Notes under the pieces: generated by a model
What the model was told of the DNA's origin: nothing
Databases searched by the model: none
What the model saw: only the letters and a program-made list of their open reading frames with translations
Program-made: the position numbers and the translations under genes
Shown here: one piece after another, positions 10,501 through 18,339 of the stretch
How the letters are laid out: each line of letters begins with the position of its first letter
Position numbering within the stretch: position 1 is the stretch's first letter
Assembly (NCBI GenBank): GCA_965208665.1
Contig: CBDBPH010000001.1
Location: 131,045 to 195,044 of the forward strand
DNA: 64,000 nucleotides
Origin: Dehalococcoidia bacterium
GTDB lineage: Bacteria; Chloroflexota; Dehalococcoidia; Bin125
Direction: 5' to 3'

Positions 10501-10835
10501 AGCGTGCTCGTGAGTTTGCGCTGATGCGGACGGTCGGCTCGGGTCGCGCCGGATTGACCGCGCAGGCCGCAGTGGAGGTCAGCCTCGTGTTGGCGGCCGG
10601 TGTGGCGCTTGGTTTCGGTCTGGGGCGGGCCGTGGCGGGCGCGTTGTTGGCCTTCCTTGATGTCACGGCTGAAGGGGTGGCGGCGGCTCCGCCGACTGCG
10701 CTTTCGATCGACTGGGTGCTGGCCGGTATTGGGGTCGGGGTGATCGTGTTGTGCGCGGTGCTGGGCACGACGGCGATTTCACGCTGGGCGACGGGCCGTG
10801 AAGCTGCTCCTCTGCTGCGGGAGGGGGCCGACTGA
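7593..10835 (+). CDS. giant FtsX-like ABC transporter permease (two FtsX 4-TM modules, large extracytoplasmic domains), 1080 aa
   Basis: N-terminal TM segment, two extracytoplasmic domains each followed by a 3-4 helix hydrophobic cluster; C-terminus EFALMRTVGSGRAGL... resembles the FtsX/MacB permease signature. Confidence 0.65.
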   Translation: MFGLFRLLRLAALRELRGGWLLMFGAASLLIIAAGLVALPLVFRAASADLALRELIEQSPRGTTFADHSRAFRPASAEDFDFVERDAAEARERHLERFPGLVGDTRRIMETPEIFAGFTRLDNGLNESIQAYLMSFEQLRSNARLVRGDWAGSADEVVIGSRLAEQLNIDVGSVVSFSEAMQFEISGVIEPVVADVTRVLAFHYTDVWFELQFDITLGGAEVPYFGMFAESEALERLGAPVTHRMRTELDTDAINSDQVEDVIESLGAWQQQLSRLEGGSAGTLLVGALQSFVRQAQFSAGQSLLAGLQIAAVAMFGVALVGRVMAQRTRVDRERLAARGAKPWQQAGAQAMLGGVAALPAAILGAPLAAFALSHAGRLEAVARVSGGEPFDTRLTVEAWGLAIAGAVIAWIAFAAPAWFDARQRTNERVAQGRPQRQSLVQRAWLDVALLALATVLFLQFETEASGGALAAFESGGINPVLMLSPGLLLLGAALTIMRLAPRVWGFAAAVLSRSPIPSWLYLGVLNVARNPTGPMLLTALVAFVTAVGLISATYASTIRTVERSRIEYEVGSDLRGVSIGGNLSNSTVGRVTEPLQSRQGIMAAAAYRGIGAIGGDREGSRVVLLGLQTSRLSEIVSLDEDLLGTPPDELLAAIEREPGRAGQELPDGAEALTVRVRSDPGNSNLELAARVLDARGQVHMRPFRTNTASIVDGDWNTFRAPLGGLEQPLRIAAIILRPQARVVRAPTGTLYIDELNAQVGEQSVAVDAFDEDGPWLPASGGAGEDRISFEGGGLRYHWSQLAASDERIIVRESPNLPVNAAMDRTSMETADLSVGDIVPIGVSNANIPVRIQAAVDYFPTLNPAQGGFLIVDLLALRGAALVAAVQAVLPITEVWTATGTNAGRLVAGELLDDVYLASTVLDAEAKIAAAEEDPFRSGGAAALFVVGFIGLLIVGSAALIFTLAAAGGERAREFALMRTVGSGRAGLTAQAAVEVSLVLAAGVALGFGLGRAVAGALLAFLDVTAEGVAAAPPTALSIDWVLAGIGVGVIVLCAVLGTTAISRWATGREAAPLLREGAD

Positions 10836-13800
10836 TGTCGCAGCAGGTGCCGACTCGACGCGGCGAAACGGCACGTGAGCTGGGCAGGCTAGCGCTGCGG
10901 CGTATCGCTTCGGCGCCCAGGCTCTCGACGGTGCTGCTGATCGGGGCCCTGTTAGCGGTGGGTCTGGCGAGCAGCGCACCGATCTTCATCGAAGCGGTGC
11001 GTGATCTGGGGCTGCGGCAGACACTCGCCGATGCCGAACCCGCGTCGCTGGACCTGCGATTCAACCAGACCAACGTGACCGCGGACTCGACGTCGGTTGA
11101 CGACGTTGAGTCGCTCATCCATGAGGAGGTCACGGCGGCGGCCTCGTCGCTGACGGTTGGCCGGATGACGGCTCTGCGAACCGGCGGATACATCTTGCGA
11201 ACGGACGATCAGCCGTTCGATCCGCCGGACGCCGATCACGCCACATTCGTCGCGCAGAGCGACGTGTCGGACCTCTCGGAAATCGTGGCCGGGCGTAGAC
11301 CGGAGGCAACGACCGAGCTTTTGGAGGTGATGGTCGAGCGGAGGCAGGCGCGGGAGTTTGGTCTCGACGTTGGGGACGAACGATTGGCCCAGCCGTTCTG
11401 GCTGGGGACCGAGCATGAGACTCGCGTGCGGATCGTCGGCGTCATCGAGCCGTCGACCGACCAGCGGCGTTGGTCGACGCTCGATCCGCTGTTCCTACCG
11501 ATCGCTGCGCTGGACACGGAGCTGCGCTTCTGGACCACGCGGGAGGGGATTCTCGGCATTCTCGCCGAGCAGTCGCCCACGTTGCGGCTGTCGTTACTGC
11601 AGCGGTTCCGGACCGACTTGCAGGGCGCGTCGGCGGCGGAAGCGTCGGCGGCGGCCGATTCGCTGGAGCAGATGACGCGGCGGATATCGCAGTCCGTGGA
11701 CGGGATCCAGCTGGAGACGGAACTGGTCGACACGCTGGTCGGGTTCAGCCAACGTTTCCAGTTCGCCCAGTCGACGCTGTTGATGATCGTGCTGCAGCTC
11801 GTGGGCGCGGTGTTGGTCTATGCGGTGGTGGCGTCGGCGATGCTTGCCGAGCAACGCACCGAGGACACGGCGTGGCTTCGGTCGCGAGGCGCCCGGCAGC
11901 GCGACGTCGCGGTGATGCACATCGTTGAGGCCGCGATCCTGACGGCTCCGGCGATATTGCTGGGACCGTTGATCGGCATGGGTCTGGTCAGTCTGCTGGG
12001 ATACGTCCCACCTTTCGACGAGGCGCTGGCCGCTACGGGCGTGGGTCCGTTCCTGCCGGTCTCGCTGCCGATCGAGTCGTGGTACCTGGCGATCGGTGCG
12101 GGCGCGCTGGCGCTGCTGGCTCAGGCGGTGCCGACCTATCGAGCGACTCGTCAGACGATGGTCACGACCCGTCGGGAACGTGGTCGGCCGCCCGCGTCGT
12201 GGACGCAGCGCGCCTTGATCGACGCGGCCGTGGCGGCGCTGGGAGCTCTGCTGATCTTTGAACTGCAGTGGGCCGGTGACCCGATCGACTCGCCGTTGGT
12301 CGGTGAGACGCGGCTGGACTGGTTGGCAGTTGCGACACCGACCGTGTTGCTGTTCGTGGTTGGGCTGATCGTGCTGCGCTTGTTCCCGCCGACGATGCGA
12401 CTGCTGGCCCGAGTTGCTTCGCCGTGGCGCTCGCTGACGCTGTTGATGGGCGCCTGGTATCTGGGGCGCACACCGACGCACTACGCGCGGACGGTGTTGT
12501 TGCTCACGATCGCGGGTGCGCTGGCGGTGTTTGCGGCCTCGTTCCGGACGACGCTCGACACGTCCTACCACGATCGCTCGCTGCATGCAGTGGGTGCGTC
12601 GGTGCGTCTGACCGAGCCGGTCTCGGACATCGTTCCGTATGAGGAGATTGAGGAGGCCAGCGGCGCATCGGTGGCACAGATTCGGCGGATTGTGGGGGCG
12701 TTCGAAGGGGACGAAGACTCAGGTCGGCTGCAGATTGCGGCGTTGGACTCGGCGGTGGTCGCCGATCAGTTGGCCGAACAAGGGGCTGATTGGGCGTTGC
12801 CGCCGGCGGACCTGAAGGAGATTGCGATAGTGCCGAACGAAGTGCAGGGAACGGTGATTGACGACTTCGGCGGCCGCCTGGAACTACAGATTGCAGCTGC
12901 ACGGCTCGGGCAGGAGACGGTGATCGGCATCAAGGTGCTGGACGCCATTGGGCGCTATTGGTGGTACGCCATCGACACGCTCAGCCCCGCTCCGGTTCAA
13001 GATGATCCGGAGTGGCTCACCATCTCCAGCCGCTTGACGGAGGAACCGGCCGCCTATCTGCCACTGGAGGGCGCGCGGCTGATCCAGGGACAAAGCAGGT
13101 TCAGCCCGACCGTGGCGGAGCGTCCAGTCGCGCCGCTGACCCTGGTATCGCTTGACCTGGCGATCACCCGCGCCGCGGGAGAGATCGTACTTGGCGAATT
13201 GACCTACACGAGGCGTGGTGAGCGCTCCCTATTGGCCGACTTCAGCTCAGGACGCTGGGAGGCGACGCCGTTGGAGGTCGGCGAGGAACCACTGGATTTC
13301 CTCGTCGTCACCGAAGAAGGCGCACGCTATCGGTGGAATGCGATTCCATCATCTCTGCGCGGGGTGCGCTACATCGCAGACCGGGGGCCATTGCCGGCAC
13401 TGTTCTCGGCGCAGGCCATCGAACAAGGCCGGCTCAACATCGGCGAGACGGTCAAACTGCGCATCGGGCCGTCCTCGATGACGTTTCTGGTCGCGGGACA
13501 GTTTGAGACCTTCCCCAGCTACGATCCGCAGCGCGACGATCCGCTTGTGTTGATCGATCGGGCGGCGTTCATCGATCGGCTGTATGGCAGCGCGGCGGCG
13601 GGCGTGGCCCTGGCCGTGAGCAACGAACTGTGGGCTTCGGCCTCGCTGCAGCGGTGGGGCGGACTATTGGTCGAGTACGAGCTGCCGAGCCAGAGCGATG
13701 GCATCGCCACGATCGAGAGCGCCCGGGAGGAGCTTGCGGCCGACCCGCTGATCGTCGCTTCGTGGAATGGCGTCTTCATCGGCGCGCTGGCGGCGGTGGC

Positions 13801-14182
13801 GATCGCGTCGGCGTTCGGGCTGGTGGTGTTGACAGCCGTGACGGCGCAGGCGCGGCGGGTGGAGTTCGCCGTCTGTCAGAGCGTCGGGATGAGCATGCGC
13901 CAGATCCTGGGTCTGATCGCGCTGGAACAACTGATCATCATCGCGATTGGACTGGGAGCAGGGTTGATCGTGGGGACGCAGGCCGGCGCGGTGTTGTTGG
14001 ACTTCTTCGCGCTCACGCCGGATGGTCGGGACGTGGTGCCGGCGCTGCAGTTCATCATCGACTGGCCGGGCGTCGGCATCCTGTTCGGGGCGTTGGCGGC
14101 GCTGTTCGCGCTCAATCTGGGCGCGTTCCTGTGGTTCCTGAGGCGGATCGAGCTACACGGGGCGCTGCGGCTGGCGGCGTAG
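10835..14182 (+). CDS. giant FtsX-like ABC transporter permease, paralogue, 1115 aa
   Basis: Start overlaps the previous stop (ATGA). Same architecture; C-terminal RRVEFAVCQSVGMSMRQIL... FtsX motif. Confidence 0.65.
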   Translation: MSQQVPTRRGETARELGRLALRRIASAPRLSTVLLIGALLAVGLASSAPIFIEAVRDLGLRQTLADAEPASLDLRFNQTNVTADSTSVDDVESLIHEEVTAAASSLTVGRMTALRTGGYILRTDDQPFDPPDADHATFVAQSDVSDLSEIVAGRRPEATTELLEVMVERRQAREFGLDVGDERLAQPFWLGTEHETRVRIVGVIEPSTDQRRWSTLDPLFLPIAALDTELRFWTTREGILGILAEQSPTLRLSLLQRFRTDLQGASAAEASAAADSLEQMTRRISQSVDGIQLETELVDTLVGFSQRFQFAQSTLLMIVLQLVGAVLVYAVVASAMLAEQRTEDTAWLRSRGARQRDVAVMHIVEAAILTAPAILLGPLIGMGLVSLLGYVPPFDEALAATGVGPFLPVSLPIESWYLAIGAGALALLAQAVPTYRATRQTMVTTRRERGRPPASWTQRALIDAAVAALGALLIFELQWAGDPIDSPLVGETRLDWLAVATPTVLLFVVGLIVLRLFPPTMRLLARVASPWRSLTLLMGAWYLGRTPTHYARTVLLLTIAGALAVFAASFRTTLDTSYHDRSLHAVGASVRLTEPVSDIVPYEEIEEASGASVAQIRRIVGAFEGDEDSGRLQIAALDSAVVADQLAEQGADWALPPADLKEIAIVPNEVQGTVIDDFGGRLELQIAAARLGQETVIGIKVLDAIGRYWWYAIDTLSPAPVQDDPEWLTISSRLTEEPAAYLPLEGARLIQGQSRFSPTVAERPVAPLTLVSLDLAITRAAGEIVLGELTYTRRGERSLLADFSSGRWEATPLEVGEEPLDFLVVTEEGARYRWNAIPSSLRGVRYIADRGPLPALFSAQAIEQGRLNIGETVKLRIGPSSMTFLVAGQFETFPSYDPQRDDPLVLIDRAAFIDRLYGSAAAGVALAVSNELWASASLQRWGGLLVEYELPSQSDGIATIESAREELAADPLIVASWNGVFIGALAAVAIASAFGLVVLTAVTAQARRVEFAVCQSVGMSMRQILGLIALEQLIIIAIGLGAGLIVGTQAGAVLLDFFALTPDGRDVVPALQFIIDWPGVGILFGALAALFALNLGAFLWFLRRIELHGALRLAA

Positions 14183-14185
14183 CGG

Positions 14186-14755
14186 CTAGCCGAGGCGGAA
14201 TGGCGGGTAGCGGTCGGTGATCAGGAGGAAGGCGTAGGCCTCGACGCGCAGGATCCAGCGCTCGACGTTGAGCATGAAGGTGAACAACGGTCGTGGGTAG
14301 GTTCCGCTGAACAGGATCGCGAACCAGGCGATCAACACGACGATGTTCTGGATGCCGACCAGCACCCAGATGATGACGTAGTGCGGAATTGCGAGGAACC
14401 ACTTGACCAGCGGCAGCCATCGGTTGAGCTGGGCTGCGTCGGGATAGTCGAGGTCGAGGCGAACCGACTGTTCCTCGTCGGTTGATGGGTAGCGGTCGGT
14501 CATCAGGTTGAGGTACGCATAAACCCGGTTGTGGAAGCGGGTGGCCTCGAGATTGAAGTCGAACCACCAGCGCGGGTACTTGCGGCGCACGACCAGCACC
14601 AGAGCGACGGGCGTACAGAGCATCGGCGGGATGAACCAGAGCAGGACGACGACGGGGAGTGCGAGAATCGGTCGGAGCAGCGTCGAGATGCGATCGAGTG
14701 TTTGCGGGTACTCGATATCGAGACGGGCCGGGTAGTCGTCGGCGGTGCGTTGCAT
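14186..14755 (-). CDS. DUF4389 domain membrane protein
   Basis: YPARLDIEYPQTLDR...LPLVKWFLAIPHYVIIW... matches the DUF4389 pattern (two TM hairpins, conserved AIPHY). Confidence 0.55.
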   Translation of the reverse strand: MQRTADDYPARLDIEYPQTLDRISTLLRPILALPVVVLLWFIPPMLCTPVALVLVVRRKYPRWWFDFNLEATRFHNRVYAYLNLMTDRYPSTDEEQSVRLDLDYPDAAQLNRWLPLVKWFLAIPHYVIIWVLVGIQNIVVLIAWFAILFSGTYPRPLFTFMLNVERWILRVEAYAFLLITDRYPPFRLG

Positions 14756-14836
14756 GGCGAAGCTCCCTGAACGAACGGAATGCGCGGGGCCGGTGCGCGC
14801 AGGCTATCGATTATGGCAAGCGGGAGCGGATGGCGA

Positions 14837-15391
14837 TCAGGGAGCGATGCCGAGCGTGCGCTGGATCTGGCGGACATGGAAGAGCTGGTGATCGGCGGCG
14901 GTGAGCGCGATCGTTCGCAGGGACATATCGAGTACATCGCCGTCCAATTCGATGTTGGCCGGTTCGCGGAGTTGGTCGGATGACAGGTCGGCAAGCAGGC
15001 GCTCGGTGTCTTCGCGGACGCTGGTCAGGGCCCATCGCAGTTCTGGCAGCGATGCTTCAGACTCGGTGTCGGGCAGGTTGACGCCGCCGACGGGCGGGAT
15101 CGGGAGGTGCGGCGCGACCTCGCGGCGCAGCAGCATGAGCTGCGGATGGAGCCAACGCTCGGAGTGGACGACGTGCAGGAGGATTTCGCGAACAGACCAT
15201 TCGGCGGGCCCGAGGCGTTCGTCGAGGCGGTCATCGGTGGAGGCGTCGAGCAACGATCGCAGTTCTTCGAAGTTCTGGGCGAGCGCGGCCTGGACGTTTA
15301 CAGAATCAGCGATGATGTTTACCTCAACCCGTATCCAACGCGTGGGGCGTCGCGCACAGTGTCGATGAACGACGGCGGCGGGACAACTCAC
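14837..15391 (-). CDS. DinB/YfiT-like (DinB_2) family protein
   Basis: 184 aa four-helix-bundle-like protein with conserved His (ILLHVVHSERWLHP, DHQLFHVRQI); start codon uncertain. Confidence 0.45.
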   Translation of the reverse strand: MSCPAAVVHRHCARRPTRWIRVEVNIIADSVNVQAALAQNFEELRSLLDASTDDRLDERLGPAEWSVREILLHVVHSERWLHPQLMLLRREVAPHLPIPPVGGVNLPDTESEASLPELRWALTSVREDTERLLADLSSDQLREPANIELDGDVLDMSLRTIALTAADHQLFHVRQIQRTLGIAP

Positions 15392-15422
15392 TGATCAGCG
15401 AACGCAGAAGGCGGCCGGCCTG

Positions 15423-16307
15423 ATGGCCCGAGTTCGTGAGATCCCGTCCCGAGCCGAACAGCTCGCGCTTGAACCGACAGTTTCCACAGCGCATCGCGCG
15501 GAACTCGCGAAGGGCGCGTCGGAGTGGGACGCGAAGCAGTTCTTCGACGCGCATGAGACGTGGGAAGAGATCTGGCAGGTTGAGCGTCGCGCGATCCGCA
15601 GCTTCTACCAGGGGCTGATCTTGCTGGCCGCCGGCCTGCATCACTGGACCGGAACGCATCGGCCGCGCGGAGTGAGAATCAAGCTGTCATCCGGAATTGA
15701 GCGTCTGGCGCCGTATGCGCCGTCGTATCTGGGAGTTGACGTGTCGACGACGATCGGCGATGCGGCGGCTCTGCTGCGCCAGGCGCCCGACGATCCAGCC
15801 GCGTTGGCAGACACGCCGCTGGACACCTTCCCACCGTTCCGTTGGGCTGTGACGGACGGCGGCAGGCTCGGAGCCCTGCGCGTGCGGCGATTGCGCGCGG
15901 CGGCGCAGTTGCCCACGCGGGGCTCCGAGCTGTCTTCGGGCCTGGACCTGTATGCAGACCTGTCGGAGTTGGGCGGGTCGCTCGGTCTCACGCAGATGCC
16001 GCAACCGGTGCCGACCGGCATTGCCTGCGCACCGCCGCCGGGGTACGAAATCCAGATCCGCCCGCGTTCGGGGCTGACGCGCAGAGGAGTGGAGATTGGC
16101 TGGGGGACTGTCGATGCGGACTATCGCGGTGAGTTGTTGGTCTCGATGTCGTTGCGCGGGCCGTCGGGACGCGGCTACCGCGTCAATCACGGTGATCGGA
16201 TTGCGCAGCTCGTCGTGGCGCCGGTAGCGCTGACTGCCGTGGAGGAAGTGGACGAACTGGACGACACCGCCCGCGGCTCCGGCGGGTTCGGATCGACGGG
16301 CCGCTGA
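15423..16307 (+). CDS. dut: DUF309-dUTP diphosphatase fusion protein
   Basis: N-terminus FFDAHETWEEIWQ...QGLILLAAGLHHW is DUF309. C-terminal half carries all five trimeric dUTPase motifs (SSGLDLYA, RSGL, GTVDADYRGEL, GDRIAQLV, RGSGGFGSTGR). Confidence 0.75.
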   Translation: MARVREIPSRAEQLALEPTVSTAHRAELAKGASEWDAKQFFDAHETWEEIWQVERRAIRSFYQGLILLAAGLHHWTGTHRPRGVRIKLSSGIERLAPYAPSYLGVDVSTTIGDAAALLRQAPDDPAALADTPLDTFPPFRWAVTDGGRLGALRVRRLRAAAQLPTRGSELSSGLDLYADLSELGGSLGLTQMPQPVPTGIACAPPPGYEIQIRPRSGLTRRGVEIGWGTVDADYRGELLVSMSLRGPSGRGYRVNHGDRIAQLVVAPVALTAVEEVDELDDTARGSGGFGSTGR

Positions 16308-16310
16308 TCG

Positions 16311-16682
16311 ATGACGGTCGCGGCGATCGCTTCGATTGCGCTCGGCGGCGCGGCCGGATCCGTGCTGCGCTACGTCCTCAATCGCTGGATCGGTCAGCCC
16401 GACGGCTTGCCGCTGGGGATCCTCGTGGTGAACCTGAGCGGGACGCTGGTGCTGGGACTTGTGGCGACACTGTTCCTCGAGCGACTCGGGGTGTCGGACA
16501 ACATGCGTCTGGCGATCACGGTGGGGTTGCTGGGCGGATTCACCACGTTTTCGACGGTATGGCTGGACACGCTGCATCTGCTCAACGGCGGACGTTGGGT
16601 ATGGGCGTTGACGAATCTGCTCGTGTCGGCGGTGGGCGGATTGGCGGCGGCGTGGCTGGGCCAGCAGCTCGCTCGTCTTTAG
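16311..16682 (+). CDS. crcB: fluoride-specific ion channel FluC/CrcB
   Basis: 123 aa, 4 TM, GGAAGSVLRY...GLLGGFTTFSTV (GxxTTFSTF signature of CrcB); starts 4 nt after the dut stop. Confidence 0.85.
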   Translation: MTVAAIASIALGGAAGSVLRYVLNRWIGQPDGLPLGILVVNLSGTLVLGLVATLFLERLGVSDNMRLAITVGLLGGFTTFSTVWLDTLHLLNGGRWVWALTNLLVSAVGGLAAAWLGQQLARL

Positions 16683-16801
16683 CCGCGACACGTATCTTCG
16701 ACACGTAACCTCGAAGGCAGCCTCGACCCGGTTTGGTGCTGCGCCCTCAAGGCGGGAATGTGTATAGAGTGGCTACAGGCGACGGGGCGGTTGTGCCACT
16801 G

Positions 16802-18196
16802 ATGTCCCAAATACGTACGTATCCTCGACGGCGTGGCGTCGGGTTCGTCGCTCTGTTTGCCATCTTGCTCATTTGCTCATTCATCCTCTCGGCGTGTGGC
16901 TTGTTCGGCGGCGACGACGAGCAGCCGGATGTCGTCGAGCGCCCGGACACGGCGGCTGAGACGACGCAGACCAGCGAGCCCACGGCCGCGGCGGCAACGA
17001 CTCAATCCGACGCACAGCAGCAACAGACCGCTCAACCTACCGAGGCCGTGAGGGTGACGACATCGTCATCGCAGGACGATGCCGCGCAGCAGGAGCAAGC
17101 AGCTGCTGACGTCGAGGAGCCCGAGACGGACCCCAGCATCTACATCGTGCAGCCGGGCGACACGCTGGCCCAGATCGCGAACCGATTCAACGTGCGTATC
17201 GATGACCTGATCACCCTGAACGGCATTCAGGACCCCGACGTTCTGCATGTGGGACAAGAACTGAGGATTCCGGGTCAGGAACCGGCCAGCACTGAATCGG
17301 AAGATGCGGAACCGGATCAAGCGGCTCAGGACGAGCAGCAAGAGACAGAGGACGAGCAGATAGAGCCGCCGAGTGTCGAGCTGCCGACAGTCGCGGTTCC
17401 GGCAGCCACGCCGACGCAGGTCTCGTACACCCAGTTCCCGCAGCCGGGACCGGAGCAGACCACCGACACGATTCCCGATCCGCCGACCAACTTCCTGCAA
17501 TACGGTGCGGCCGCATTGCCGTGGTTGCACGGGATCAACGAGGTGGAGCCGATCATCGAGCTGTTCAAGGCCTGGCCGATGCCGCCATTGGCTGTAGGCC
17601 ACGATCGCATCGTGCTCGTCGACACCACCGACGACGGCCAGTTCTCCGCTTCGATCATCTACACCGATCCGAACTCGTTCGGCGCTGCCGTCCCGTACTC
17701 GAACCTGGTCGTCTATGACCCGGTGCCGGGAGATCCGTCGAAGTATCGGATTGCTTACGACCACGCGCTGAGCTATGCGCGGGAGGTTCAGGGGTTGCAG
17801 CAGCTCGTCGACGTCGATCTCACCGGTGACGCCGTCCGCGACCTTGCGTTCCGCGAGATCACGTGCGACGAGTCGGGGTGCGTGAGCAGTTTCTATGTGC
17901 TGTCCTCGACCGGTGACGGCTACCGGACCGTGACGAGCACGGCTGCGCAGGTGGGCGCCGTTTCAGCGATAGAGATCCTGGATCGCACCGGCGATGGGGT
18001 TCCCGACATCGTGGTCAATGGCCTGGCGATGGATGAGTCGGTGGCGTCGCGCTACACCTTCGTGTTCACGGTCCAGGGCGACAGCCTGGTCGAAGCGCTG
18101 AGGATCTCGTTGGACGGCAATTCGGTGGCCGAGACGGGCGCAGGGAACAGTGGGGATGCCGAGGGGCAGGAGGAAGACGCGCTGGAGGAGGAGTAG
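16802..18196 (+). CDS. LysM domain lipoprotein with low-complexity linker and C-terminal domain of unknown function
   Basis: Signal/lipobox FILSACG; LysM YIVQPGDTLAQIANRFNVRIDDLITLNGIQDPDVLHVGQELRIPG; ATG at 16802 preferred over GTG at 16733. Confidence 0.6.
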   Translation: MSQIRTYPRRRGVGFVALFAILLICSFILSACGLFGGDDEQPDVVERPDTAAETTQTSEPTAAAATTQSDAQQQQTAQPTEAVRVTTSSSQDDAAQQEQAAADVEEPETDPSIYIVQPGDTLAQIANRFNVRIDDLITLNGIQDPDVLHVGQELRIPGQEPASTESEDAEPDQAAQDEQQETEDEQIEPPSVELPTVAVPAATPTQVSYTQFPQPGPEQTTDTIPDPPTNFLQYGAAALPWLHGINEVEPIIELFKAWPMPPLAVGHDRIVLVDTTDDGQFSASIIYTDPNSFGAAVPYSNLVVYDPVPGDPSKYRIAYDHALSYAREVQGLQQLVDVDLTGDAVRDLAFREITCDESGCVSSFYVLSSTGDGYRTVTSTAAQVGAVSAIEILDRTGDGVPDIVVNGLAMDESVASRYTFVFTVQGDSLVEALRISLDGNSVAETGAGNSGDAEGQEEDALEEE

Positions 18197-18339
18197 CCGC
18201 AACCTGCGGCAAACTGCCGGGTTCGCAGAGCCTGATTGCCCGCTGCCATCGGGAGGCATAGCCTCAGACGGGTAGCTCCCGCAGCCCGAGCATGGTTCGA
18301 GTCGTGTTGGCCGGCTGCGTCGAGCGGGTGATGTAGCCG

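Noticed and set aside
16683-18339. Fluoride (crcB-motif) riboswitch upstream of crcB or the ClC gene
   Set aside because: crcB starts 4 nt after dut, leaving no leader. The 18197-18339 leader of the ClC gene lacks the conserved GGCGAUGG...AACCGCC...CUGAUGAUUCCU elements on inspection.
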